Below, in pieces: positions 25,791 to 37,299 of a stretch of DNA of 64,000 nt. The DNA is taken from NCBI GenBank assembly GCA_013239625.1, contig MU053652.1:6625902-6689901 (forward strand), in the 5' to 3' direction. Numbering within the stretch: the first letter of the stretch is position 1; every line of letters begins with the position of its first letter. Position numbers and translations under genes: made by a program. Under the pieces are notes generated by a model. The model worked only from the letters and a program-made list of their open reading frames with translations, did no database searches and was not told where the DNA came from. This stretch comes from Lama guanicoe (Eukaryota).

Positions 25791-26839
25791 TCCCCCTCCC
25801 AAATTTCTTTACACCAGTACTGCAAAGACATGGTGCACAGACTAAAACAAATTTTTATCATGTTTCTACTAAAGCAAGTCACATAAATTTTCCATTTTTC
25901 AAAATTCTTTTTGGGCTTTACAAACTATATTTACAAAAAACTGGTCAATATAAAGTGATGAAAACCCAGCTCTGGGAAGAAAATGTTGATGCCTTTACAA
26001 CTGCATCCACAATGTCTCAATGAAAAAAAATTTTCTCAAGTTTTGCAGAGAGGACACCTGTTGCAGCCGCGGATAACTTTTATTTATTCCAACTTACTCA
26101 TTGGTAGCGCAGAGTAAGAATAACTAAAGCAAAACAAACTGATGACAAACATTTATCCCCAGCTTTGTTTATTTCTGATAAAGTTACCCATAACTTAGTA
26201 TTCCTTAATTATATGTTCCAGTTTGAATTTTCCTTTTTGCCCTGAGAATGCATACCTGTCAAATCCACTTCACATCTTTCCGAATTAATTATTTGCTATG
26301 TTAGATTTCTCTGAAAGCTTTTAGTTTATAAGTTGTTCTCTGAAAATAAAAAATGATTTTCATCATACTAATCCCTCATCTAAAGTCATCCTTGTTTACT
26401 GAGTCACAACTTTTACTCCTCGGGCCTTCTGGAATCCATTTGCTTTCAAACTGCAATTTCTTTCTTTTAAATTTATTAAGTTGCCTCCAATGGCAGAGCT
26501 TATGCAAAGCAAATAATTACTAGCATATCTGGATTCAACAAAGATTATTTAGGACAATTAAGAATCATCTGAGACTAAGAAAACAGAGATGTAATTGGAA
26601 AGCAAAGCAATCTGGCAAGATGAGTATCTTGAAGTATCCTGAGGCACACTAATTGAAACGGGATGTTCTCTTCATGGTACACAGTGAACTAAGAAAACTA
26701 ATAAATCTGTTATTTGTATATACACATGTATAATTACATATGTGTGCATATATGTATATATGTATGTATTAACAAGACTTATCAAAGAATAATTGCAAAT
26801 ATTTTGAAAAATAAAATATTGCCAAGTCCTCCTGCATAC

Positions 26840-28200
26840 CAAAACTTGGCCACTATTTGATAGAGTACGTGGTAATCTACTTTCATCCTCTAAAATCCAT
26901 CTGATTTTCTGCAGGGGCCAGAGTGACATCTTAAATGGTGACATAACTAGATGTATGATGGCGACTACCATCCCTGCATCCTTTAGATAGCACTAATCTC
27001 CTCCATTCTTCTCCTTACAATATTACTTTTTTATTTATTACCTTGGTTGGGGAAGGGAATATATTTCAGAGGTTTCTGGCCTTCCTGACAGCCCACACCC
27101 AACAACTTAGGGTTACCCCAGGTACAAAGTGTACCAACCCCAATAATACACTCTGGGTCTAGGCAAATACCACTGTGTGGGTATACAGACCTAGCAGACA
27201 ACTATAAGCTTAACACAGGCGAGGAGTCCACGTATTAGCTGGACTCACATGCTCCTATTCTAATAGGCGGCCATGATGACACTTTGTTTCTCTGGGTATC
27301 AACATGCACTTGTGTCTAGTGGCCCCTGAAATCTTTGGCTATCTCTCTTTTTCCAGTGTGTAGTCACCCAGATACCTTTGAAGGCGGACTGAGGGGATCA
27401 TAACCACTTGAGTTACTGTGGCACTGCAGGTTCCTCTTTCCTGGAGATGAAGCTTTCTCTTCATTCAGTGGGTTCCAAGTGTGAAAACTATCTCAGGAAA
27501 GGAAACTGAGAAAGAGACGATGACACTTTATTGGAGTAACTCCCTTCAGGTTCCTGATACTGCATCACTGGTATCTTCCTATAGAACAAGCTCAGGTGTA
27601 CCCTTGTTGGCTGGCTCTCTCTTTTTCCCCTTGACTACTGTGTTCCATCAACCATCTTGTAACTCCCTGTGATCCAGGGCCCTTGGCTGGCACTCTGACC
27701 CTTTTCTTCTCTATAATAATTGCATCCACAAAGCTTCAGTCAATTAACTGACTCCCAGCCTCTACAGGTTCCAAGTTATATAATTCTCATTACTTCAAGT
27801 GAGCCTAGTTATGTCATGACCTCTGCTAACATCAGCTCTGGATTAAAAAGAAAAGCCAACAGGGAACATTTTAGTGATGCTTAAATCAGCCCCCTCACCT
27901 GTTTTCTAACACATATCAAGTCTCTTTTCATTAATCAGTGTAAGTCTATACCTCTAGCTATCTCCCCTCCAAAACAGGACACACTGCCATCAGTCCCTCC
28001 CAGTAGAATTTCCTTCCTTCAGAACCACGTTCTGAATGGATCCAAACTGCAGCAGTATTTGTCTTTTGTCCGACGTAAACATATCATGCACATCCACTAT
28101 AAGCCAGGTTCGACCTATCTTTCTTCGTCAACCTGTTATATAGGACACCTCATGATAACACAGTGTAGACTGAAGGATGGCTGGAGGTACAGCAGCAATA
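26840..28200 (-). mobile_element. Second ERVL-class internal remnant (older; ERV3-16A3/ERVL-E-like)
   Basis: Minus-strand translation gives KDAGMVV...SPFKMSLWPLQK (RT N-terminus) and FQGPLDTSA...LIPRETKCHHG (protease relic, ~27270-27335). Confidence 0.75.
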
Positions 28201-30254
28201 AGCATTGTGGGAGACTGAGACACGTGTCTATGCCTTTTTTCCATTTACAAGGAGGCCGTCATTATTTTCTTTATACATTATTAGTAACACAATGCAAGAA
28301 TCCCAGCATGAGTTATCTGTTCTCTGGGACTCTTGGTGGCAAGAACTTGATAGGAAATCAGAGTCTTTCTGGAAAACAGAAACCACTTGAGGATTAAAAC
28401 TGACTCTCTTTAATCTAGGGATTTAATCTACAAGAACACTGAGAAACCAAGCAGGGGACATATGAGTATATCCCTCAATAAATGCAAAATATTTGAACGA
28501 TCATTGAATTTACATTTATATCCTTGCAGTAATATTATGTTGGCATATTCATTAGAATAATTTAAGTGGATTTTATGATATTTCAAGATTTTACAGATTT
28601 TTATGCTTTCTCTCATAAAGCAATGGCTTAAAAAGCTTGATTTCTAAGGAATTCCATAGGAAAACATACTTACTTTTAACATCAGCTTTCTTCTTAGCAA
28701 TTTCTACTCCTCATTATCAGTATATATTTAGCTTTGAATAAACCTCCAAACATAGAATTTGACTTTCTCTGATGAAATAATTTTGAAAAAACTGGTGTCA
28801 GTTGACTAATGGGAAGTAAAAAATATAAACTATCCATCTCACGGTGCTCTTTCACATGTCTCAGTTATTGCACACTACTTTAAATTCCAATTTAGCATCC
28901 CATTTGCAAAATTGGCCATTTGGACCTTTTTACATTCAAACCTGTTGTAAGCTATTATTAATGCATTTACAGCACACTAGCTAGCAATGGCACCTTGATA
29001 AATTGTAATCGGCATTAGCTAATTTTCTTTTGTAAGAGATGTAACTTCTACGAACCTAAGGATATTGATCATCAGCACAATGATCCATGTCACAAGCATC
29101 TCCATTTATCACCACCTCATTTTCATTAATGGCATTAGTAAACACTTTAATTCACTTCCTCAAGTCAACAGGATGTGATAGATAAATACAAGGTTTGGAG
29201 CAAAAGTGAGATGTTTTGTACCTATTCTAACGGTGACACAAAAGCTTAAATATTGATGAAGCATCATTCACAGCACATCACTGTGGATGCTGGGTATTGA
29301 AAGAATCAGTTTCAACCTTTAAAACTGATAGCTCCTTCTTACTGATATTTCAAATATGTTATAAATACAGTATTTTTTTCCAAATATAAATTGATTGTAA
29401 AGCATGTGTGTCACATCTTGAAATAACCCTTTCTAATCTAGAGTGCGAATAAATCCACATCAAGAATTTTTTTAATAGAAAGTGCTTTCTCATCATGAAT
29501 AATCCAAGTATACTCAACCATTTCAGTATATGTATCTCAGATGTCTGGAGAGAGGGAGGCTTCTTCTGCTAAGAGTATTAGAATAGACAACTTTATTTTC
29601 TTTCACCACTGGAGAGAATGGGGGAAAAGAGAGTATTGTTTTTGATGAAAAACAAACTAGGAGCCCACATCTAAGTACACCTCAGAACTCTCATTTTAAT
29701 TCCTACCACAGTGCTTAAAATTATGTGGTACACTGTTAAGCAATCGTTGATGAAAATATTATGCTATGATAGCCTGATAACTAAGATATGGTTTATAACC
29801 AAAAGGCAGTGTAGTTACAAACAGAGGCTTTAAAATGACTATGTTCACATGCATTCACTTCTGTAGACATCTTTATTTCACCTGTCTTCCATCTAGAATA
29901 TTTATGGAAATTTAGTTCAGGTTCACTACACCTTGAAATTGCTTAAATGCCATACTGACCTGATAGAATCCAAGATAGGAAAAGCAGAAATAGAAAAGAG
30001 AAATGTATGATACACAAGGCAATATGCTGAATGTCCGGCTAGAAAATTCTCTACCGCCTCCCTATTCAGACAGCATTGGTAGAGGCTGTGTTGACATTAG
30101 GTAATTTTCACTTATTCATATATTCTTAAATGTGATCCAAAAGTAACTGCTCTTAAACTAAAATAATGACAATAATCATAAGTAAATAAAACTCTTCCAC
30201 TATGTAAATGTGTTTTATCCTGGACAGGTTATGGAGAAAGACAGCTAATTGCAT

Positions 30255-30450
30255 CATGGTTCCTGGAAGCAGAGTCCCTGAGTGCAACTACTACTTATAA
30301 GACGTTGAGCAAGTTACTTATTCTCTATTGACTTTGCTTTTCTCAGATGCAAAATGGGGATAATAATACACTTACCTTATAGGTTTGTCATGCGGATTAC
30401 ATGAATTAGTGTATGTGGGGCCCTTAAGAAATGCTTAGAACAATAAAAAG
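30255..30450 (+). mobile_element. MIR SINE
   Basis: 'ttgagcaagttacttattctct...tgcaaaatggggataataataacacttaccttataggtttgtcatgcggattacatga'. Confidence 0.85.
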
Positions 30451-30607
30451 AACATTGAGTCTTAAAAATATTATTGCTTTTTCTGCTGTGAATCTGGGAA
30501 ACTACATGACTGAGGCTTGCGTGTGCTGTCCAGAAGAAAGCATATCTTTGATGGTAAGCCTATCTCTATACATGAAGCACTTGATGTGCTGTTAAATGTT
30601 CACGTGA

Positions 30608-30950
30608 ACATGGATATAGAGAACAGGTTGGTGGTCACCTGAGGCAGTGGGAAAGAGGGTCAAAATAAATGAGAGGGTCAAAAGGTACAAATTTCCTGTT
30701 ATAAAATGAGTAACTCATGGGGATGTAATATACAGCATAATGTAATGTACAGTAGTTAATAATACTGTGATGCGTTTTAGAAAACAGCTAGGGGAGTGGA
30801 TCTTGAAAGCCTCCGCAAGAAAAAAAATTTGTAAATATGTATGGTGATGGGTGTTAACTGAACTTACTGTGGTGATCATTTTGCAATGTATACAAATATT
30901 GAATCATTACACTGTATACCTGAAACTAATACATTACACCATTTAAACAT
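30608..30950 (+). mobile_element. L1 3' UTR (L1MA9-like)
   Basis: 'ggtcaaaaggtacaaatttcctgttataaaatgagtaa...ttactgtggtgatcattttgcaatgtatacaaatattgaatcattacactgtatacctgaaactaata'. Confidence 0.9.
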
Positions 30951-32485
30951 CAATACATTTTCAATATGTTTATGAATCATTAGTAAGTTTTGGTGTCTTT
31001 TTTATTGTTATATTTACCAATTATTTGTTATATTCTGATGCATATGTTCTGGTAAGAAAAATATTATTTATACTAGGTTTTTATATAGTGACTTTTCAGG
31101 GTCTTCCAGTGAATAACTTATTTTATAATGTGTCTTCTCTGATTTGTGAAACCAGACTTTATTTTAGATGACAAATTAGGTTAAGGGAAAAACTAAGTGC
31201 TCTGAAGTTTTTGTGGCATCCACAGTCCCAAGTACGTCCAACAATTAATGAATCACTTCAGTTTTTTTAGTTTTGTTTTGTTTTGTAGAGTGTGGATATA
31301 GTGATGTAAACAGAAAAAAGTTTATTCAGGAATATGTTCAATAGCTTAAAATTCAATAGTTTCTTGGAAAGAATAAACACAAGTAAATCACTACACGTGA
31401 TTCATTATTTCTCAAAGATGTTGAGCATGTACTAACTTGGCGGTACAATGTTTCACTTTTACATATTTAGAATTTCCTGAGTTGCGTTTAATTTCTTCAG
31501 TAGGAGTTGGCAGAAAAATTGACATTGGATTTCAGTTACTTTTTCTGGAAAATAAAATAATTTATCACATTAACAAGGCCATTTCTTCCGTCATAATATC
31601 CTAACAGAGACTCACGTTGGGCTGTCTTCTAACTGGGTTAACTTCACCATCTAAAACCTAAAATACACTAAAATTTTAGTGGATATGATTCATTTGAAAA
31701 TACCGACTTCAGAAAACAGGACTGTATTGTCATCATTACACTGGACATTTAGTTTTAAATTGGCAATATAAAACATTGTTAAATAATGGCTCCTTAATAA
31801 ACTTAATTTTGTCTGCCCACATTTCCTGGTGTATATACGAATCGTGGCTAGCTATATGCGTGTGTGTCTACTTCTAGTGCATCATTCTGGCTTTCTCCCA
31901 TTAGGATGATGGTATGACATGACGGATATAAAACACTGATTAACTAATCCACTCCAGGCCTTCAAGTTGCCCATTTGAGGAGGGGAAGACTTTCTGTAAA
32001 AGCAGGGTACTAGGTCTTTATACTGTCATTCAAATCAGTGTATTATATGTAAGGAAAAATAAAACAGTTAACGATGCAAATGGATACACCATAACAAGTT
32101 CTCTAATACTGCCCATATTCTCTAAGTATCTTCAGCAAGTTCTCAAAAATTGCTCAGGTTCTCAAAAATTCTTCACATATTAGTTTTTTTCAATTTCTCT
32201 TGCTACTGTTGTTGCATGGCAGAGATTTATCACATTTATTTCCCCTCCTTCCTTTCCTTCCTCTCTTAAAAGAAACTGGGCTTTATTCAGAGTTTATTCT
32301 CCAGATTGTCCTCGGAACATTCTTCCACTGGCAAAGGACACCTCTCTACGTCTGCCACATCTCCAGCCCCATACTGTATTTAGTTTTTAATTCCCACCAA
32401 GTCAGAGTTTGATTAAACAGAGCATTTTAAATGTTTTTATTTTTAATTTTGTGCTTTCTGTAGTGGCTCATAAAGCATGTAACAC

Positions 32486-32996
32486 CGTGGTAACATAAAT
32501 GACACCTTCCAAAAGATGTCCACATCCTAAATCCCAGAACCCATGAATGTAAAAGGGACTTTGCAAGGTGTGGTTCCCTGCATGTAAAAGGGACTTCACA
32601 AGGTGTGTTTAATTAAGGATCTTGAGATGGGAAGATTATCCTGAATGACCTGCATGGGTCCAACCTAATCACAAACGTCCTTATAAGAAGGAGGTAAGGG
32701 GAATCAGAATGAGAGAGAGAAGACGTAAGGATGGAAGCAAATGTAGGAGAGCAGAGAAGATGCAATGGTGCTGGCTTTGAAGATGGAGGAAAGGGTGCAA
32801 ACCAAGGAATATAGGTGGCTTCTAGAAGCTGCAAAAGGCAAGGAAACAGATTTTTCCCTAGAGCTCCAAGAAGGAATATACGCTTGAGGATCTGTTTTAG
32901 AATTCTAACCTCCAGAACTGTGAGATAATAAACTTGCATTGTGCTACGCCACAGGTTTGTGGTAATGCATTACAGCAGCAACAGGAAACTAATACA
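32486..32996 (+). mobile_element. MaLR solo LTR (MLT1D/C-like)
   Basis: 'aaagatgtccacatcctaaatcccagaacc...ttaaggatcttgagatgggaagattatcctg...cagcagcaacaggaaactaataca'. Confidence 0.92.
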
Positions 32997-33539
32997 GACA
33001 TATATGAGCACTGAACACGTTTGCTGATTGATTATTCCTCACCTCCCTTTTTGCTTGTCATTACTGCAACTGCATGCATATTTTCCACACATTTAGTATC
33101 TTCCTACTTCTCTGTCTCCCTAAACACTGACATCTCAAAGAATCATTTTTCAGTGATTATGAAGCTCATTCAACTCTGTAATTTCCTTTATTTACTTACT
33201 TACAAATGGTGGATTGTTGAGAAACGCCAAAGAATGCTAAAGATTACTAACAGGATAAAGACTAAAATTAAATCGTAGAAGTGTATAAAATAGCGAAAGT
33301 GTGGGTGTTCCATAGATTTGACTGAAATTTGTCAGGGCAGGTGGCACAGGTGCCAACATTCCTTAAAATCATTAGTCATAATCGTTAGTCATATTTTCTG
33401 ATTTATATGTGCTCTATAGAAGCAGGTGTTGATTAATGCATTATGAAAATCAATTACTATGATGATAAAATTCTGAATCTAAAAGAGGATCATGATGTTT
33501 ATTACCATATTTAGTAATATATTCAATAATAATTATACT

Positions 33540-33700
33540 AATAATAGCATTTAAAAATAAATACTAAGTAGACACTTTATGCCAGTGGTTTTCATATACT
33601 ATCTCATTTAATGCTTACTACAATTGTCTGAGATAGGTACTATCAATGACTTTTATAAAAGGAACTGAATGAAGCATGGCAATTCGCCTAAAGTCAAATT
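33540..33700 (-). mobile_element. MIR fragment
   Basis: 'atctcatttaatgcttactacaattgtctgagataggtactatc'. Confidence 0.65.
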
Positions 33701-35149
33701 CACTTAAATTTTGAATGTCCTTGCTACACAGATGAAAATTTAATTGTCACAAGTATGTTCGTAGGCCACTTACTTTATTTCTGAAAGACTACTAATATAT
33801 CTAACCCTTAACCAAAACTGAAAGCTGTTCATTTAAATTTCTCATTTTTTAAAGTAATGGGTTGAGAAGTATTTAACTTGTCTCTGCAGTAATTGTCTAT
33901 TTTAACTATCTCTTTCATTCCTAATGACAAGTTTGTTTTCAATTTGACAAAATATATCACGTTCTTTATTGTCAGTAAATGACATTTAACACAATGTGGG
34001 AAAGATGAAATTCACATAGCCTCGGAAGAAGGGGAGGCAAACAAATTATTTAAATATGCTTCTTTCAAAGTAGAAATAAACAAATAATTCAAGTTTTATT
34101 TAAATCACAGTAACTTACTCTTATTCTATAATTGATTAATGATATAATTTATTAGTGAAGCTATCAGTATTATGATTGAAGAGAAGCACCAAATGACAGT
34201 AAGGGAGGGAATCCACTCACGTGCATCGCCTCCTGCAGGCTCCTACTCCCACTTTGCCTGTTCATCGACATTACCTATAGTGGCTGCCAAGCAAGTACAT
34301 TTCCACAGGGAATTTGTCATCTGTTTTTGTTCCTGTTTTGCCTGCCGCTTTTACTGGGTTGGCAGCCATGCTAGACATTGACTTCCAGTTATTTTCCTTT
34401 TTATGACAACTGAAAAAAATAAGTTGTAAACTGTCAGCTCTCATCCATCACTGTATTATCATGAACCAGTCCAGCCATGGACCTCATCTAATCTATTCTC
34501 TAGCCTTTAGGTAGGATTATATTTAAAAAAAAAAAAAAGGCAGCCCAAAATCTACTGGATATTTAATTTGTTTCAAAAGCACCAGGGAAAGACTACTGAG
34601 ATTTTTGGCATTCTTTTAAGTGCCATATGGCAATTTGGTTCTTTTGACTATTTTATGATGTTAGTAAATATTTATTATTGGTATTGGCTTTCAGTGGTGA
34701 CAGAAATAGGTAGGATGAGAAAGACAAATTACATCTAAAAGGAGCTAATTAACACACCTGTAAAGACAATTAGATTACTATATGGCTTTAAAGTAAAATC
34801 ACATGACAGCTTAAGATACTGGTTTCATCATAGATAGCTGGAAAGGAAACAATGTAAGAATCTGAGTTGTCAATGCCAAACATCAGTTAGTTTTTTAACA
34901 ACTGCGAAAAGTACCACATGGTACAATTTACCCATGGATTCTAATAGGATAGACACAATTCAGTCAAACTATATTATAATCTTTAAAATAAAAGGAATAA
35001 CTAGTGCCTTAATTCAATGGCCAATAAATCCTTATTCCTATAAGCACTTAAATATGTGTGTGGCTCTGCAGATACTGGAGTCCCGTTACCATACTGTGGT
35101 TAGTATTAGAATTATGCAATTGCACGTAGTATTATGCAGTCAAACTGCC

Positions 35150-35630
35150 TGTAGTAGATTGTCTAAGTGGCTCCAATTCTTTAACCATTCCTTTACCTAT
35201 ATCCTTTCACATGTGACTTGCATGTTTCTCTCACTAAGTGGGTGGAGTATGTTTCTCCATACCTTTACTTTGAGTCCAACCCTGTGACTTGTTGCAGCCA
35301 ACTGAATGTTATCAGGTAGCAAAAATGTGTGTACAGTTGGGCTTATGTCCCTTGCAACTCTGACATTTCCATAAGAAGACCTTCTCTGGATAGCTTTTGC
35401 TCCTCAGCCAGGACCACAGAGTGAGTGCACACAGAACGTGTATAAAGAACATCTGAGTCCTAACTTCAGAGAAGGCCTACCCAGATCCATTCCTTGAAGC
35501 AGAGCCATCTAGCCTGTCCAGCTGATTCCTGCTAATCCATAAGCTCATAAACCAAAAAAAAAAAAAAATCTGTGGCTGACATTATGTAGTTTACATTAGG
35601 ACATTATTGTGGCAATAGATAATTGATACA
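35150..35630 (+). mobile_element. MaLR solo LTR (MLT1H/G-like)
   Basis: 'tgtagtagattg...ggtggagtatgtttctcc...ccctgtgacttg...cattattgtggcaatagataattgataca'. Confidence 0.85.
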
Positions 35631-35929
35631 TTGTCTCTCCATAATTTCTGTTTATTACTTGAGTAGCTATAATCTTAATATCCAGTTTGTACTTCTGAAG
35701 TATTTATTGAATAAATGTGAAAAATGAACTAAACTATCACATGAACATTTCAGAGTATTAGTGCATGTTCTTCTAGAAGAAAATTTCTAATTATGATTTA
35801 GCAGCAACATTAGAACAATATTAAAACTGTTTTGTATGTGTTCTGCTTCAATTATTAAAGACAATTTATATTTATGTCTACGTCTTTCAAAAAAAAATCC
35901 CATAAGGATATACAATTAGGATACTGTGT

Positions 35930-36380
35930 TCAAAATTCACTTAAAAAATTATTTTTGTCCTGCTATTGTTTAGTTATGTTTTCAATTTGAATTACAGTTA
36001 GTTTCACTGGTTCCTTTTCGTATTTGATTTTAGAATGTGCATTCTGGGTCCTACTTAGGAAATCTTTTCCTGGGCTCTCAAGGATATTGTCCTACATTAT
36101 TTTCTAGAAGATATATTGATTTGCTTTCACATTTTGATCAACAATCCTCTTGAAGTTGACTTTTGAGAACAATTTTAGCTAGGGGTAAAATTTAATGTCT
36201 GTTTCCAAATAGCTCCAGAGCAAATTATTTAAGACTGCATGTTGCACAGCCCAGAAATGTCACCTCTGCTTTAAACTGGTGTCCTTATATGCAAGTATCT
36301 AGTTTAGGATTCTCTATGCTTCAATCTGTGGTTTAAGATCATATATTGGATATAGAAAATCCTAGCTACTTTCACTTTGG
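35930..36380 (-). mobile_element. Old L1 ORF2 fragment (antisense)
   Basis: 'taggaaatcttttcctggg...gatattgtcctacattattttctagaag...ttcacattt'. Confidence 0.6.
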
Positions 36381-36420
36381 ATATTTTTATTTCCTTTGGA
36401 AATTTTTATTTCCTTTGGAA

Positions 36421-36852
36421 CAAGATTCTTAATACTTTTTGTAACTGGGATACCCTTGACAGTCTTATAAATATCTAAATCCCTTCTCAGACTAATCTTT
36501 TCAAATATGCATTATTTTAGATAGGGAACAAATTACAATGAAATTACAATGAACAGTTATCAACATACTAACAAATTATAATATGTCAATGCATATTTTT
36601 ATTAATAATTTTATTATTTAATCTAACAAAATCTAGCTTTGGTTCAAAAAACTACTCTAAACTAATGATGAGTATCAATGTTATCTAGAGTGTCTCCAAC
36701 ACTAAGACTATAAACACATCTATGTTTTGCTACTGGCAAATCTCAGGCACTGCGATTAATATTGTTGTGTGATACTTATATTCTTAATGGAAGAAAAATT
36801 TCAATTTGAGCTAGAGATTAGTAAAAGCAAATGTGCATTTTTTCCCCATCTC
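36421..36852. mobile_element. hAT-Charlie DNA transposon relic (MER119-like)
   Basis: 'caagattcttaatacttttt...cccttctcagactaat...gagattagtaaaagcaaatgtgcattttttccccatc' resembles recalled MER119 consensus. Confidence 0.65.
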
Positions 36853-37185
36853 TGTTAGTTCACTAGGTAGAGCTGCACTAATGGAGTATCACAAACTACA
36901 CAGCTTAGAATAACACAAATTTACTGTCTCTCAGTTCTGAAGAACAGAAATCCTAAAGTGTCAACAGAGCCACACTACTCCTAAAGGCACTATAGAAAGA
37001 TCTGTTCGAATCCTCTCTCCTAGCTTCTGGCAGCCTCATGCATTCCTTGGCTTGTAGTTGGATGTCTAAACTTGCCCTTTTTATGAGGACAGCAATCATA
37101 CTGGATTGGGGTGCAGCCTTCTCCAGTCTGACCTCATCTTAACTATTACCTGCAATGACCCTGTTACAAAATAAGGTCACATAAG
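36853..37185 (-). mobile_element. MaLR LTR (MLT1B/C-like)
   Basis: 'aacacaaatttactgtctctcagttctg...tctctcctagcttctgg...gacctcatcttaact...aaataaggtcacat'. Confidence 0.85.
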
Positions 37186-37299
37186 TCCTGGTCTATCAGT
37201 CTTCATTGCCTTAGTACCTCTTTTGCAACTATTGTTTTCCTCATTAGGAGCATTTCTTCCATTTCTGGAAAAGGAAACCACCTTAAAGCTATTCTGTTA

